64,000 nt of DNA. Origin: Promethearchaeota archaeon (GTDB lineage Archaea > Asgardarchaeota > Lokiarchaeia > Sigyniarchaeales > SOKP01). This document shows, in pieces, positions 1 to 9,317 of this stretch. Positions within the stretch are counted from its first letter, which is position 1. Every line of letters begins with the position of its first letter. The DNA lies in assembly GCA_019057795.1 (NCBI GenBank), contig JAHLWS010000070.1, positions 32,001 to 96,000 of the forward strand. Direction: 5' to 3'. A program made the translations under genes and the position numbers. The notes under the pieces are model-generated. The model was not told the DNA's origin. It saw nothing but the letters and a program-made list of their open reading frames with translations, and searched no databases.

Positions 1-975
1 TGCGACGCGATAGAAACATCTCGCGGATGCCCACAAGCATGTAAATTCTGTAGTACTAATGTGGTTTATAAGCAAACTTGGAGAGCTAGATCGGTAGAAA
101 ATATAATAAAAGAATTGGAAATAGTATCAAAAAATAAAAGAGTCAAAGATGTTTTTTTTGTAGATGATAATATTCTTGTTAATATGAAACGGGTTGGGAG
201 ATTATGTATTGAAATTATAAAAGGTAAAAGAGAAGGAAGAATTAAAAAAAAAATGTATTTTTTCTTTCAAGGACGCTTAGATTCCATGGCAAAACGACCA
301 GGAGTTGTTAAATTAATGGCTGAAGCGGGCTTTTGGCTTGTTTTAGTAGGTGTTGAAGCAACCGATAATAGCCGATTAAAGAGTATTAAAAAAGGATGTA
401 ATATAGAGCAAATTAAGAGAGGTATAGAGGTTTTACATCAAAACGGAATAGTAGTTATGGGAAATGTCATTCTTGGAATAAATCTAGATGATACATTGGA
501 TGATGTTCTAATTACAATTAATAGAACTAGAGATTTAACTTTAGATTTACCTAGTTTTACATTGTTAACACCATTTCCAGCTACTGGTTTTTATGAAGAA
601 ATGAAAGAGAAAGGTTTACTACTCACAGAAGATTATAGTAAATTCAATTGGTTAAATCCTGTAATAAAAACTCCAAATTTCAATTCGGAAGTTCTAAAAA
701 AGTTATTATTTCTTGGATTTTATGCTAATGGTTTTTACGCTGGAAATTTAAGGAATAAAATTACTTTACTTCGTAGAACTATTAAATTAAGAGGATATTT
801 TTATATTCTCCTTCCTACGAGAATATATCTAACAATTATTGCATATTTTAAATGGAAAAAAATTGTCCTCAATAACTTAAAAGGAATTAAAAAAAAAGAA
901 ATAAAACAGATAAAATTAGGAAACCTGAATCAAATGAAGAATTTAAAAAATGAAATTTTAAAGCTAATGGATTAA
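1..975 (+). CDS. Radical SAM protein, probably B12-binding class (5' end outside window)
   Basis: Frame 1 is open from base 1: ETSRGCPQACKFC (CxxxCxxC), FFVDDN, GVEA, LTPFP. Paralogous to the next gene. Confidence 0.85.
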   Translation, partial: CDAIETSRGCPQACKFCSTNVVYKQTWRARSVENIIKELEIVSKNKRVKDVFFVDDNILVNMKRVGRLCIEIIKGKREGRIKKKMYFFFQGRLDSMAKRPGVVKLMAEAGFWLVLVGVEATDNSRLKSIKKGCNIEQIKRGIEVLHQNGIVVMGNVILGINLDDTLDDVLITINRTRDLTLDLPSFTLLTPFPATGFYEEMKEKGLLLTEDYSKFNWLNPVIKTPNFNSEVLKKLLFLGFYANGFYAGNLRNKITLLRRTIKLRGYFYILLPTRIYLTIIAYFKWKKIVLNNLKGIKKKEIKQIKLGNLNQMKNLKNEILKLMD

Positions 976-979
976 ATAA

Positions 980-2449
980 ATGGACGATGAAAAATTAAAA
1001 AATCAGAATTTTAATTGGGAGAAAATTCTATTAATTAAACCTAATTATAGAGCGACTGGTTGGGACTACTACAATATGGATTTTCCTCCAATCAATTTAA
1101 CATATATAGCTAGTTATTTAACTGACTTAGATGTTGAAATTGAAATTCTTGATGCAAAAGTAAAGAATTTAAATTATAACCAAATAAAGAAAAGGATTAA
1201 AAAATATAATCCAGATTTAGTAGGAATTTCCGTTTTTGTTTCTGCTGCGTTAGAAGTCTCAAATTCTATAGCGAAAATTGTAAAAGAAGTCAATTCAAAA
1301 TGCACTGTGGTATATGGGGGACGACACCCTACCTTTGAGCCCGATTCAACAATTAAATCTAATGAAGTCGATATTATAGTTAGAGGAGAAGGAGAGTTAA
1401 CATTTCGAGAATTAATTATTAAAGGTACTCCTAAAGACATAAAAGGTATTTCGTATAAATCTAATGGAAAAATAATTCATAATCCAGATAGGCCATTAAT
1501 TAAAAATTTTAAAGATATTAGATTTCCCGTAAGAAAATTTACAAAGAATAATAAATATAAGATGTTTACGGTGAGATTAGAAACAGTAGAAACTTCAAGA
1601 GGATGCCCATATACTTGTAAATTTTGTACAACACATATTTTCAATAATAATTTATGGAGACCACGACCAGTTGAAAAAATAATAGCAGAATTAAAAATCA
1701 TTTCTCAGAACAAGAAAATCACAGATATTTTTTTTGTAGACGATAATTTAACTGCTAATACTAAAAGAATTGAAAATTTATGCGAAAGAATAATTGAATG
1801 CAAAAAAAAGAAAGAAATTAATGATTTTAAATTTTTTGCGCAGATTAGAGTAGATTCTCTAGTTAAAGCGCCACAAATGGTAAATAAAATGTCCAAAGCA
1901 GGGTTTTGGGCTATTTTTATAGGAATTGAGAGCGTTAACGAGGACACTCTTAAAGAAATGAGAAAAGGATTCCAATTTAATAAGGTAATTGAAGCGTTAA
2001 GAATTTTGCATGATAATAATATAATAGCTATTGGAAATTTGATAATAGGGGTTGATTTAAATGAAACAGAAGAAGAAGTTATTAAAGAAATTAAATTTAT
2101 GAAAACTATTGATGTAGATATAGTTAGTTTTGTATTGTTAACTCCGTTTCCCGGAAGTGATACTATGAAAGAATTAGATGAGCAAGGTCTTGTTGTCTCT
2201 AAAGATTGGTCTAAATATACTGTCTTTGAACCTGTTATAAAAACTCATCAATTAAGCCCAAAGCAATTATATGATCTTTTATACTTTTCTTTCAGAGAGC
2301 TTAAGTATATTAATGATTGGAAAGGTTTAAGTTATCGCGTTCTTAAAACTCGAGGATTACTATTTTTACTTAACCCAAGACGTTTATTATCCTTAATAAA
2401 TTCCTTTTTAAAAGTGAGAACTTTATTCAAAGATTTTAAAAAAAGTTAG
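980..2449 (+). CDS. Cobalamin-binding radical SAM protein
   Basis: N-terminal B12-binding fold motifs (PDLVGIS, GGRHPT, RGEGE); ETSRGCPYTCKFC; FFVDDN; GIES. Confidence 0.9.
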   Translation: MDDEKLKNQNFNWEKILLIKPNYRATGWDYYNMDFPPINLTYIASYLTDLDVEIEILDAKVKNLNYNQIKKRIKKYNPDLVGISVFVSAALEVSNSIAKIVKEVNSKCTVVYGGRHPTFEPDSTIKSNEVDIIVRGEGELTFRELIIKGTPKDIKGISYKSNGKIIHNPDRPLIKNFKDIRFPVRKFTKNNKYKMFTVRLETVETSRGCPYTCKFCTTHIFNNNLWRPRPVEKIIAELKIISQNKKITDIFFVDDNLTANTKRIENLCERIIECKKKKEINDFKFFAQIRVDSLVKAPQMVNKMSKAGFWAIFIGIESVNEDTLKEMRKGFQFNKVIEALRILHDNNIIAIGNLIIGVDLNETEEEVIKEIKFMKTIDVDIVSFVLLTPFPGSDTMKELDEQGLVVSKDWSKYTVFEPVIKTHQLSPKQLYDLLYFSFRELKYINDWKGLSYRVLKTRGLLFLLNPRRLLSLINSFLKVRTLFKDFKKS

Positions 2450-2536
2450 GAAATTTATTTTACCATATCTTATAAATACATTATAATTCTTTTAATCGAC
2501 CATGCCCATTCAAATAATAAAAGGGAGTATAGAAAG

Positions 2537-2980
2537 ATGGAAGACGTAGAAAAAGAGGATAAGAAAGAAATTCCAAAATTTACTTGGGTTGTCCTAATTA
2601 TTCTGGGATGCATTGACCTATTTTGGGGTATAATGCACACCATATTTATTGATGAAGCTATTGCTCTTTTTGCCCACTTTGATTTAAGCGGTCCAATGGC
2701 AGGAGACCTAATGTTACAAATGACTGCGTTTGGAATTTCTAATTTAATCACCGGTGCAATGTTTATAATGATTGCATTAAAAGCAAGACAACTGGCAGAA
2801 ATAGTGTTAATATGCATTCCTGTTGCATATTTAATCGGAATAATTGCAATTAAGATAAAAAATATTGTTCCGCAGTCCGATCTTCTTGGGCAATATGGAA
2901 TGATGGTCTATCTTGTTGTCTGTATTATTACATTTATCGCAACGAGAGTGAAAATATGGCATGAAAATAAAAAGAAATGA
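2537..2980 (+). CDS. Small membrane protein, about 4 TM helices, unknown function
   Basis: 147-aa ORF with four hydrophobic segments. Confidence 0.75.
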   Translation: MEDVEKEDKKEIPKFTWVVLIILGCIDLFWGIMHTIFIDEAIALFAHFDLSGPMAGDLMLQMTAFGISNLITGAMFIMIALKARQLAEIVLICIPVAYLIGIIAIKIKNIVPQSDLLGQYGMMVYLVVCIITFIATRVKIWHENKKK

Positions 2981-3002
2981 TATTTTTTTTTGAGTTTTTT
3001 AA

Positions 3003-4154
3003 TTATTGTTCAATTTCGAATATAACCTTAAGATATTCGTATTTAGAATTAAGTAATTTTAGTATATTTTTCGCAATTTTTCTTAGGTTTTGTGCGTGCA
3101 ATGGTTTCTCTTCTGCTTGTTCATCGTAGAAATCATGAATCATCCTTCTTGTTTTATCTACTCCGTTAGCATCCCAAAATTTTTCCCAATGAGTTGAGAT
3201 TCTACAGAGTGATTTTATCTTCTCGTCGGGATATTTAGGTTTATCTAAAATAATATCTTTGTATTTTTTAATAGCTTCGCCAACTTTTTCAAGGTGGTCC
3301 GCAATAGCAAAAGAATAACGATAAATGCTTATTAGATTTGATGTAGTTCTAGTATTTCGTGTATTGGCTGCCTGTTCAAAAGAATTCCATGCATCTAACC
3401 ATTCATTTTTGTGAATACCATCAATGTCATTGTTCACCATTGCTACATTTATAATATCGCTCAAATCTACATCATGACCTCTTTTAATTTTTTTATCAAA
3501 TATTTCCTTAAGACTTGACCCTTCAAGATAGCTCCCCGCCCCAAAATCAAGTAATTGATTAAGATTGTTTGCAGCAAATAATGTTTCGCGTCTAAATTCT
3601 TTAGTGTTAGGATTATTCCATTCAATTGTTTTTTCCCATTCTCCTGTATTTTTATTTTTTATGAAGCTACAATCTCTCAATGTTGAATCCAACAAATTTA
3701 TCTGAAACATCCAAAAATCAATGTCGTCTGTGAATCTTTTCCTTCTCCAATCTCTCGTAGTATACTTACCTAAATAGAGTTTCAATGTACCCCTAACTAA
3801 AGAAAATTTACCATGTTTTAACGCGTCGCGGGCTAATTCACAATAATGGTGATTAGGATCATTTGAACATTCTTCTAGTTTCTTAAGAATTTTACGAGCT
3901 TCTTCAGCTATAATATCACATGGGATACTTCCATCGGAAGGATAAGCTCTTGACCCTCCTTCAATAAAATTTTCAAAAAGTTCAAAATTGTTTTCTGGAA
4001 TCGAATACCAAGGATTATTAAAAGCAGCTTTACTAAAAATGTAATGAGTAAAACCGCTATCGTCTTTCCATGTTTTATCTAGTAGGGGTGAAACATCTCT
4101 GAGGTTATCTCCTTTTTTTACTGCGTCGGCTTTTATATCCCAAATTCCGTTCAT
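3003..4154 (-). CDS. Hypothetical protein, possible nucleotidyltransferase (AbiEii/DUF1814-like fold)
   Basis: 383-aa ORF; RFTDDIDF resembles the R-x-T-x-D-x-D catalytic motif; KKIKRGHDVDLSDI resembles the distal K..R..D..D motif. Confidence 0.5.
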   Translation of the reverse strand: MNGIWDIKADAVKKGDNLRDVSPLLDKTWKDDSGFTHYIFSKAAFNNPWYSIPENNFELFENFIEGGSRAYPSDGSIPCDIIAEEARKILKKLEECSNDPNHHYCELARDALKHGKFSLVRGTLKLYLGKYTTRDWRRKRFTDDIDFWMFQINLLDSTLRDCSFIKNKNTGEWEKTIEWNNPNTKEFRRETLFAANNLNQLLDFGAGSYLEGSSLKEIFDKKIKRGHDVDLSDIINVAMVNNDIDGIHKNEWLDAWNSFEQAANTRNTRTTSNLISIYRYSFAIADHLEKVGEAIKKYKDIILDKPKYPDEKIKSLCRISTHWEKFWDANGVDKTRRMIHDFYDEQAEEKPLHAQNLRKIAKNILKLLNSKYEYLKVIFEIEQ

Positions 4155-4301
4155 TGAAGAATCCTGCTTAATATTTAATAAAAATAAGAAATTTTTGAAA
4201 TTATTATTAAATTAAACTTTGCTATTATTAAAAAGGTAAAAATTATTTTTAAAAATTCTTTTATAATATAATATAAATAATATAACCATTTTTGCAAGAA
4301 T

Positions 4302-4979
4302 ATGAATAATTTCTTTTCAGTTTTTACATATACTCCTTGGGATAATCTTAATACAAAGTTGTTAGCTGAAGTCAAGTTATTATCACTTAAAAGTATAACC
4401 AAAAAGTTTCCCGTAATTGAACCAGAATTTTTTGATGACTTACTTTCAAACTTATATAATTTCAAGCATTATTCATGGGTTCAATGTATTAAAAGAATTA
4501 TCGGTCCTAATAATGAAGATTACGATATAGCCCCCTGGAATTTCATATGGGCAATGGATAATGAAGGAAGAATTTTTCAATTCTTAATTCAAAAAGAGAA
4601 AAAAGAATTTAAAGACTCACAAGCAACATTAGTAGCTTTAGCCCCTCCAGAATTAGGTAAATTATTTAATCAATATAAAGAAGGAGCCATATTACGAACT
4701 TTATCTTTACTAAATAATCCGAAAAAGATGAAATTTTTAATAGTTTTAGCACCTAAAGGTAAATCAATCGCTGAGGAACAACAATTAATTCAAGTTGATA
4801 AAAAGGCTTTAGAAAAATTAAAACTTATTAATAAACTAAGGCAATTGCCTAACATACAGGGCCAATGGTTCCCTACATCTGAAGTAAAATGTCCAATTTG
4901 TAAGGGACCATTAACAGAGATAAGTGATTATAAAGTTGGATTCGTGTGTCCACGATGTGGATTTAAAAAAGTGAAGTAA
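4302..4979 (+). CDS. Hypothetical protein with C-terminal zinc ribbon
   Basis: C-terminal CPICK...CPRCG. Confidence 0.7.
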   Translation: MNNFFSVFTYTPWDNLNTKLLAEVKLLSLKSITKKFPVIEPEFFDDLLSNLYNFKHYSWVQCIKRIIGPNNEDYDIAPWNFIWAMDNEGRIFQFLIQKEKKEFKDSQATLVALAPPELGKLFNQYKEGAILRTLSLLNNPKKMKFLIVLAPKGKSIAEEQQLIQVDKKALEKLKLINKLRQLPNIQGQWFPTSEVKCPICKGPLTEISDYKVGFVCPRCGFKKVK

Positions 4980-5078
4980 AACTAATTTTTTATTAAAACC
5001 TTTAATAATGATTTTTATTACATGATGTGATCTATAACTTATTATTGAACCGAAATATAAAAGGAGAATTTTCCAACT

Positions 5079-6617
5079 ATGTTTGTTGCAGCTTTAGACT
5101 TAGGAACTACGGGATGTAGGACATTTATTTTTGATATAACCGGATCTATTTTATCAAGTGATTATCAAGAGTGGGAGAGTTTTTATCCAGTACCTTCATA
5201 TGTGGAGCAAGATGCAAATTTATGGTGGGAGTCAATTAAAAAAACCATCGAAGTAGCCATAAAAAAGAGTGGAATCGACAAATCAGAAATTGTTAGTCTT
5301 TCCGTAACAAATCAACGAGAAACAATCGTACCTGTTGATAAGGAAGGAACCCTATTACATAACGCATTAGTTTGGCAAGATAGACGGACAACTGAACAAG
5401 TAGACTTTATAAAAAATAAAATAGGAATAGAAAAAATTTATAGTACTACGGGTTTAACAATAGATCCGTATTTTTCAGCTACAAAGATTCTTTGGTTCAA
5501 AGATAAGAAGCCGAACATCTACCAGAAGACTCATAAATTTTTATTGGTATCTGATTACATAATTTATAAACTAACAGGACAATATGTTAGTGATTTTAGT
5601 AATTTAAGTAGAACGATGTTATTTGATATAAATAAACTCAAATATTCAGAAGATATTGCCTCTGAGTTAGAAATAGATTTGGATAAAATGCCAGATGCTA
5701 TTGAAAGCGGAGTTGATATAGGGGAGATCGTTACAGAAGAGACTTTATTCGATAAAAAAACCTTGGTTATTACGGGTGCCGGGGATCAACAAGCAGCAGC
5801 CCTCGGAGTGGGTGTCGTCTCTCCGGGGAGAATAAAATTAACGACCGGAACTGGAAGTTTTATTTTAGCTTATTTGGAAAAACCCAATTTCGATCCCCAA
5901 AAGCGAGTATTATGTAGTTGTCACGCAATCCCGGGAGCTTGGATCCAAGAAGCAAGTATTTTTACAAGTGGGGCTTTTCTAAGGTGGTTTAGGGATCAAC
6001 TCGGAAAAGAAGAAAGCATATTAGCTGAAGAACAAAATCAAGATCCTTACGTAATTCTAACGGAAGAAGCTGAAAAGTCTCCTATTGGTGCTAATGGGCT
6101 ATTAGCAATCCCCCACTTAGTTGGTGCTGGAGCACCACATTGGAATCCATATGCGAGAGGTATAATTTATGGTTTATCTTTAGGTCATAAAAGAAGAGAT
6201 ATCGTTAGAGCGATTCTTGAAGGAGTAGCATTTGAAGTCAAAAAGAATATTGAAGTTTTTAGAAAGCTAGGGATTGAAACAAAAGAATTAAGACTAACTG
6301 GAGGGGGTTCTCGCTCAGATTTTTGGAATCAAATTTTTTCCGATGTATTAGGTGTAACATGCGTCAGAAATGTTATTGAAGAGGCTACATCGTTGGGAGC
6401 AGCAATATTAGCGGCTACGGGAGCGGGATTGTTTTCAGATATCGCCAAAGCTGCCGAAAATGTGTGTAAAGTAGATAATAGATGGAATCCTGATTTAAAC
6501 CGACAGGAGTTTTATCAAGATATTTACAAATTATCGAATGATTTATACAAGATTTTGAATGAGAAAAATTTTTACAGAACTTACTTTAATATGCTTCAAT
6601 ATAAAAAATCTGATTAA
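5079..6617 (+). CDS. FGGY-family carbohydrate kinase (xylulokinase/glycerol kinase-like)
   Basis: LDLGTTG, TNQRET, WQDRRT, GAGDQQAA, TTGTG, GGGSRS motifs. Confidence 0.92.
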   Translation: MFVAALDLGTTGCRTFIFDITGSILSSDYQEWESFYPVPSYVEQDANLWWESIKKTIEVAIKKSGIDKSEIVSLSVTNQRETIVPVDKEGTLLHNALVWQDRRTTEQVDFIKNKIGIEKIYSTTGLTIDPYFSATKILWFKDKKPNIYQKTHKFLLVSDYIIYKLTGQYVSDFSNLSRTMLFDINKLKYSEDIASELEIDLDKMPDAIESGVDIGEIVTEETLFDKKTLVITGAGDQQAAALGVGVVSPGRIKLTTGTGSFILAYLEKPNFDPQKRVLCSCHAIPGAWIQEASIFTSGAFLRWFRDQLGKEESILAEEQNQDPYVILTEEAEKSPIGANGLLAIPHLVGAGAPHWNPYARGIIYGLSLGHKRRDIVRAILEGVAFEVKKNIEVFRKLGIETKELRLTGGGSRSDFWNQIFSDVLGVTCVRNVIEEATSLGAAILAATGAGLFSDIAKAAENVCKVDNRWNPDLNRQEFYQDIYKLSNDLYKILNEKNFYRTYFNMLQYKKSD

Positions 6618-6711
6618 AGCTTTTACTTCTTTATATTTTCCCTAAAAGTATGCTATAATAATCAATTTTAAATATTTAGAATGCTATAAATCTTTTAAAT
6701 AAAATAATTTA

Positions 6712-7347
6712 GTGAAAAAAATGGAAGAATATCAACCTAGTCCAATGATTGAACCTAGACCAAAAGTTGAATATAATAAAGCTCAAAGAATTACTGCTAC
6801 AGTATTTTATGTTTTAATCGTTGCATCATGTTTAGTAATTATTGGAGGTGCAGTTTATTCGCTTGGAGATTTTGTCACTCCTACTGGTAAAATGGAAGCA
6901 TTTTTAGCATTAAATCTCGGTTACCAAATAGCTATTATAGGGGCATTCTTAGCAGGTTTATTTTTTCTTCTGATTTTCTTTTTTGGGTTGTTTAAAAAAG
7001 GACGGAAATGGATATTAAGAATCGCATTTAAGAGAAGGGAAGTCGAAGAACAATATAAGAATAGAATAAATGTAAAAATTGTTGCTGGTGGGTTATTATT
7101 AAGTATAATTGCAATTATTATTGGAATAGTATATGCTGTTATTGAAGAAATTTTATTGGGTTCTCCTAGTGGTTCACCACTTTCAGGTCTATTGAGTTCC
7201 TTTTCAATTGGGAATTGGGTGTTATTTATAGGAATTTCACTATTATCTATTTCGTTTACTGGACTTTTTCTGATTTACTTTTGGAAAAATGGGTATATCA
7301 TGATACTTAAAATTATGGGGACATTAGAAAAAGAAGAAAATGAATAA
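6712..7347 (+). CDS. Membrane protein, about 4 TM helices, unknown function
   Basis: Two pairs of hydrophobic helices; alternative ATG at 6721. Confidence 0.75.
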   Translation: MKKMEEYQPSPMIEPRPKVEYNKAQRITATVFYVLIVASCLVIIGGAVYSLGDFVTPTGKMEAFLALNLGYQIAIIGAFLAGLFFLLIFFFGLFKKGRKWILRIAFKRREVEEQYKNRINVKIVAGGLLLSIIAIIIGIVYAVIEEILLGSPSGSPLSGLLSSFSIGNWVLFIGISLLSISFTGLFLIYFWKNGYIMILKIMGTLEKEENE

Positions 7348-7452
7348 ACTTCATGAAATTGAAAAATTTTTTCTTTATTTTTACAGTTATTTAAATCAGT
7401 AAATTCACCCTCTTATCTTATTTTTATTAATTAGGCGTCATATCTAAAATCA

Positions 7453-8979
7453 ATGCTCTTTAAGGTTGGTATTGTTTTTAATTTTCTTCAATTGCCTGAT
7501 GTTTCTAAATATCCATTCGTAATTAACAAACGAAATGACCATATAATTGTTAAAAAGGGATTGTTTGTATCCACTAAAACAATTGAGGGTTATTTAATCG
7601 GCATAATTGAGAAAATTGTTTTAGTAAACGAATATTTCTCGGATGCCTTAACAATAAAATCTTATAACAGCGAAAACAATCCCAATATTCTCAAAGGGCT
7701 ATTTCCTAGTGATGATTTTGAATATGCTATTGCTATCGTTAGGAATTTAGGGATAATAGAGTTTAAAGAGGATAGCGAAGAAGAAATTAGATTAATATCA
7801 AGGATGACATATCCTGCGAGTCCCGGTAAAGAAGTTTATTTGGTAGAAGAAGACATTCTCAATAATTTTATAGGTTTAGATAAAGAGCATGGTTTAAATT
7901 TAGGAAAATTAAAGGTATCAAATGTCGATGCTTATATAAACATGAATCGATTATTGAATAAACACCTTGCTATTCTTTCGATATCGGGAGGTGGTAAAAG
8001 TTATCTTACTTCTATTATTATTGAAGAATTATTAACAAGAAATAAAACTTTTGGAACACCCGCAATTATAATGATTGATGTCCATGGAGAATACAAGTAT
8101 CTAAGTGCAACCTCTACGATAAAAAATAAAGTTAAGGTTATAGACACTTCATATTTTCAAATTTCTGTACCTAGATTGAGTGCTTATTCTTTTAAAAAAT
8201 ACCAAGAGCAAATATCTAATGTCCAAATAAGAGAATTATCTAAGTACATTAAAAAGTTAAGAAAAAATAAAGATATAAAGAATAATTATAATCTAAATAA
8301 CATTATAGATGTAATTGAAAAAGAAACTGACGGTAATAAAAGTACAAAGCAAGCATTAGTGGGGTGGCTTTCTGAATTAGAACATTTAACCCTTTTTGGT
8401 TCGCAAGAAAATCCAATTTTAAAAAAAGTCATAAATCAAGGAGAAATTACTATTTTTAATCTTCAAAACGAAATTTCGATTCGCAAAAAACAAATTATAG
8501 TTGATTATATTTGTAGTCGTTTGTTTTATCTAAGAAGAATGAATGAAATTCCCCCTTTTTTATTAATTATTGAAGAGGCTCACCAATTTTCTCCTGAAGC
8601 TGCTCATTCTAAGGCACTATCTAAATCTATAATTGAAACTATCGCCAGAGAGGGAAGGAAATTCATGGCGTGTTTATGTTTAATAAGCCAAAGACCCAAA
8701 AAGTTAAGCACAACGGCTCTATCCCAAATTAACTCAAAGTTAATTCTAAATATTAAGAACCCATACGATTTAAAGCATTTAATGGATAGTTCAGAATCTA
8801 TCACTAAAGAATACGCTGACATGATTTCAAGTTTAGGAGTAGGTGAAATGTTATTGATGGGTAATGCTGTAAATTATCCAATATTTTTAAAAATAAGGGA
8901 GAGAAAATTTATATCTCAAACTGAAAATATATCTTTAACTCAAGTGTGTTTAAATTGGAAAAAATTCCAATCAATTTAA
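7453..8979 (+). CDS. HerA/FtsK-family ATPase (DUF87)
   Basis: HLAILSISGGGKS (Walker A), IDVHGEY, IIEEAH (Walker B), IAREGRKF, ISQRP. Confidence 0.9.
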   Translation: MLFKVGIVFNFLQLPDVSKYPFVINKRNDHIIVKKGLFVSTKTIEGYLIGIIEKIVLVNEYFSDALTIKSYNSENNPNILKGLFPSDDFEYAIAIVRNLGIIEFKEDSEEEIRLISRMTYPASPGKEVYLVEEDILNNFIGLDKEHGLNLGKLKVSNVDAYINMNRLLNKHLAILSISGGGKSYLTSIIIEELLTRNKTFGTPAIIMIDVHGEYKYLSATSTIKNKVKVIDTSYFQISVPRLSAYSFKKYQEQISNVQIRELSKYIKKLRKNKDIKNNYNLNNIIDVIEKETDGNKSTKQALVGWLSELEHLTLFGSQENPILKKVINQGEITIFNLQNEISIRKKQIIVDYICSRLFYLRRMNEIPPFLLIIEEAHQFSPEAAHSKALSKSIIETIAREGRKFMACLCLISQRPKKLSTTALSQINSKLILNIKNPYDLKHLMDSSESITKEYADMISSLGVGEMLLMGNAVNYPIFLKIRERKFISQTENISLTQVCLNWKKFQSI

Positions 8980-9243
8980 GCCTTGCAGAATTTCTTCTCT
9001 AATTCTTTGAGATTTTTTGTTAAGCACAATCATCTTTTTGGTTTTTGAGACTCGGAAGACATTAATAATAGTTCGGCTTTCTAATTTCATCAATAATTCT
9101 TCTAACATCAATGGGTTAATGTAAGGGAATTCCTTTTTAAGTAGTTCTTCCAATCGTTTATTTAATACTTCTCCTTTATTTTTAATCAGAATATCGATTA
9201 AAGAATTTACTACAGGCTTTTGATTCCAACGTTGTGTTTCGAT
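8971..9243 (-). CDS. Small putative winged-helix protein downstream of cdc48; probable ATC start
   Basis: Frame stays open upstream of the called TTG (9153) to ATC at 9243, which lies 6 nt after GGTGA. LLMKLE..II.V resembles a wHTH. Confidence 0.6.
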   Translation of the reverse strand: METQRWNQKPVVNSLIDILIKNKGEVLNKRLEELLKKEFPYINPLMLEELLMKLESRTIINVFRVSKTKKMIVLNKKSQRIREEILQGLN

Positions 9244-9317
9244 TATTGATCACCTTTTAATTAATTTCAAATAAAAAAAAGTATATTGCAATTAAAATGA
9301 TTTTTCCCAAATTAACT

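Noticed and set aside
4175-4465. 96-aa minus-strand ORF
   Set aside because: Overlaps the plus-strand gene at 4302 and the AT-rich divergent promoter.
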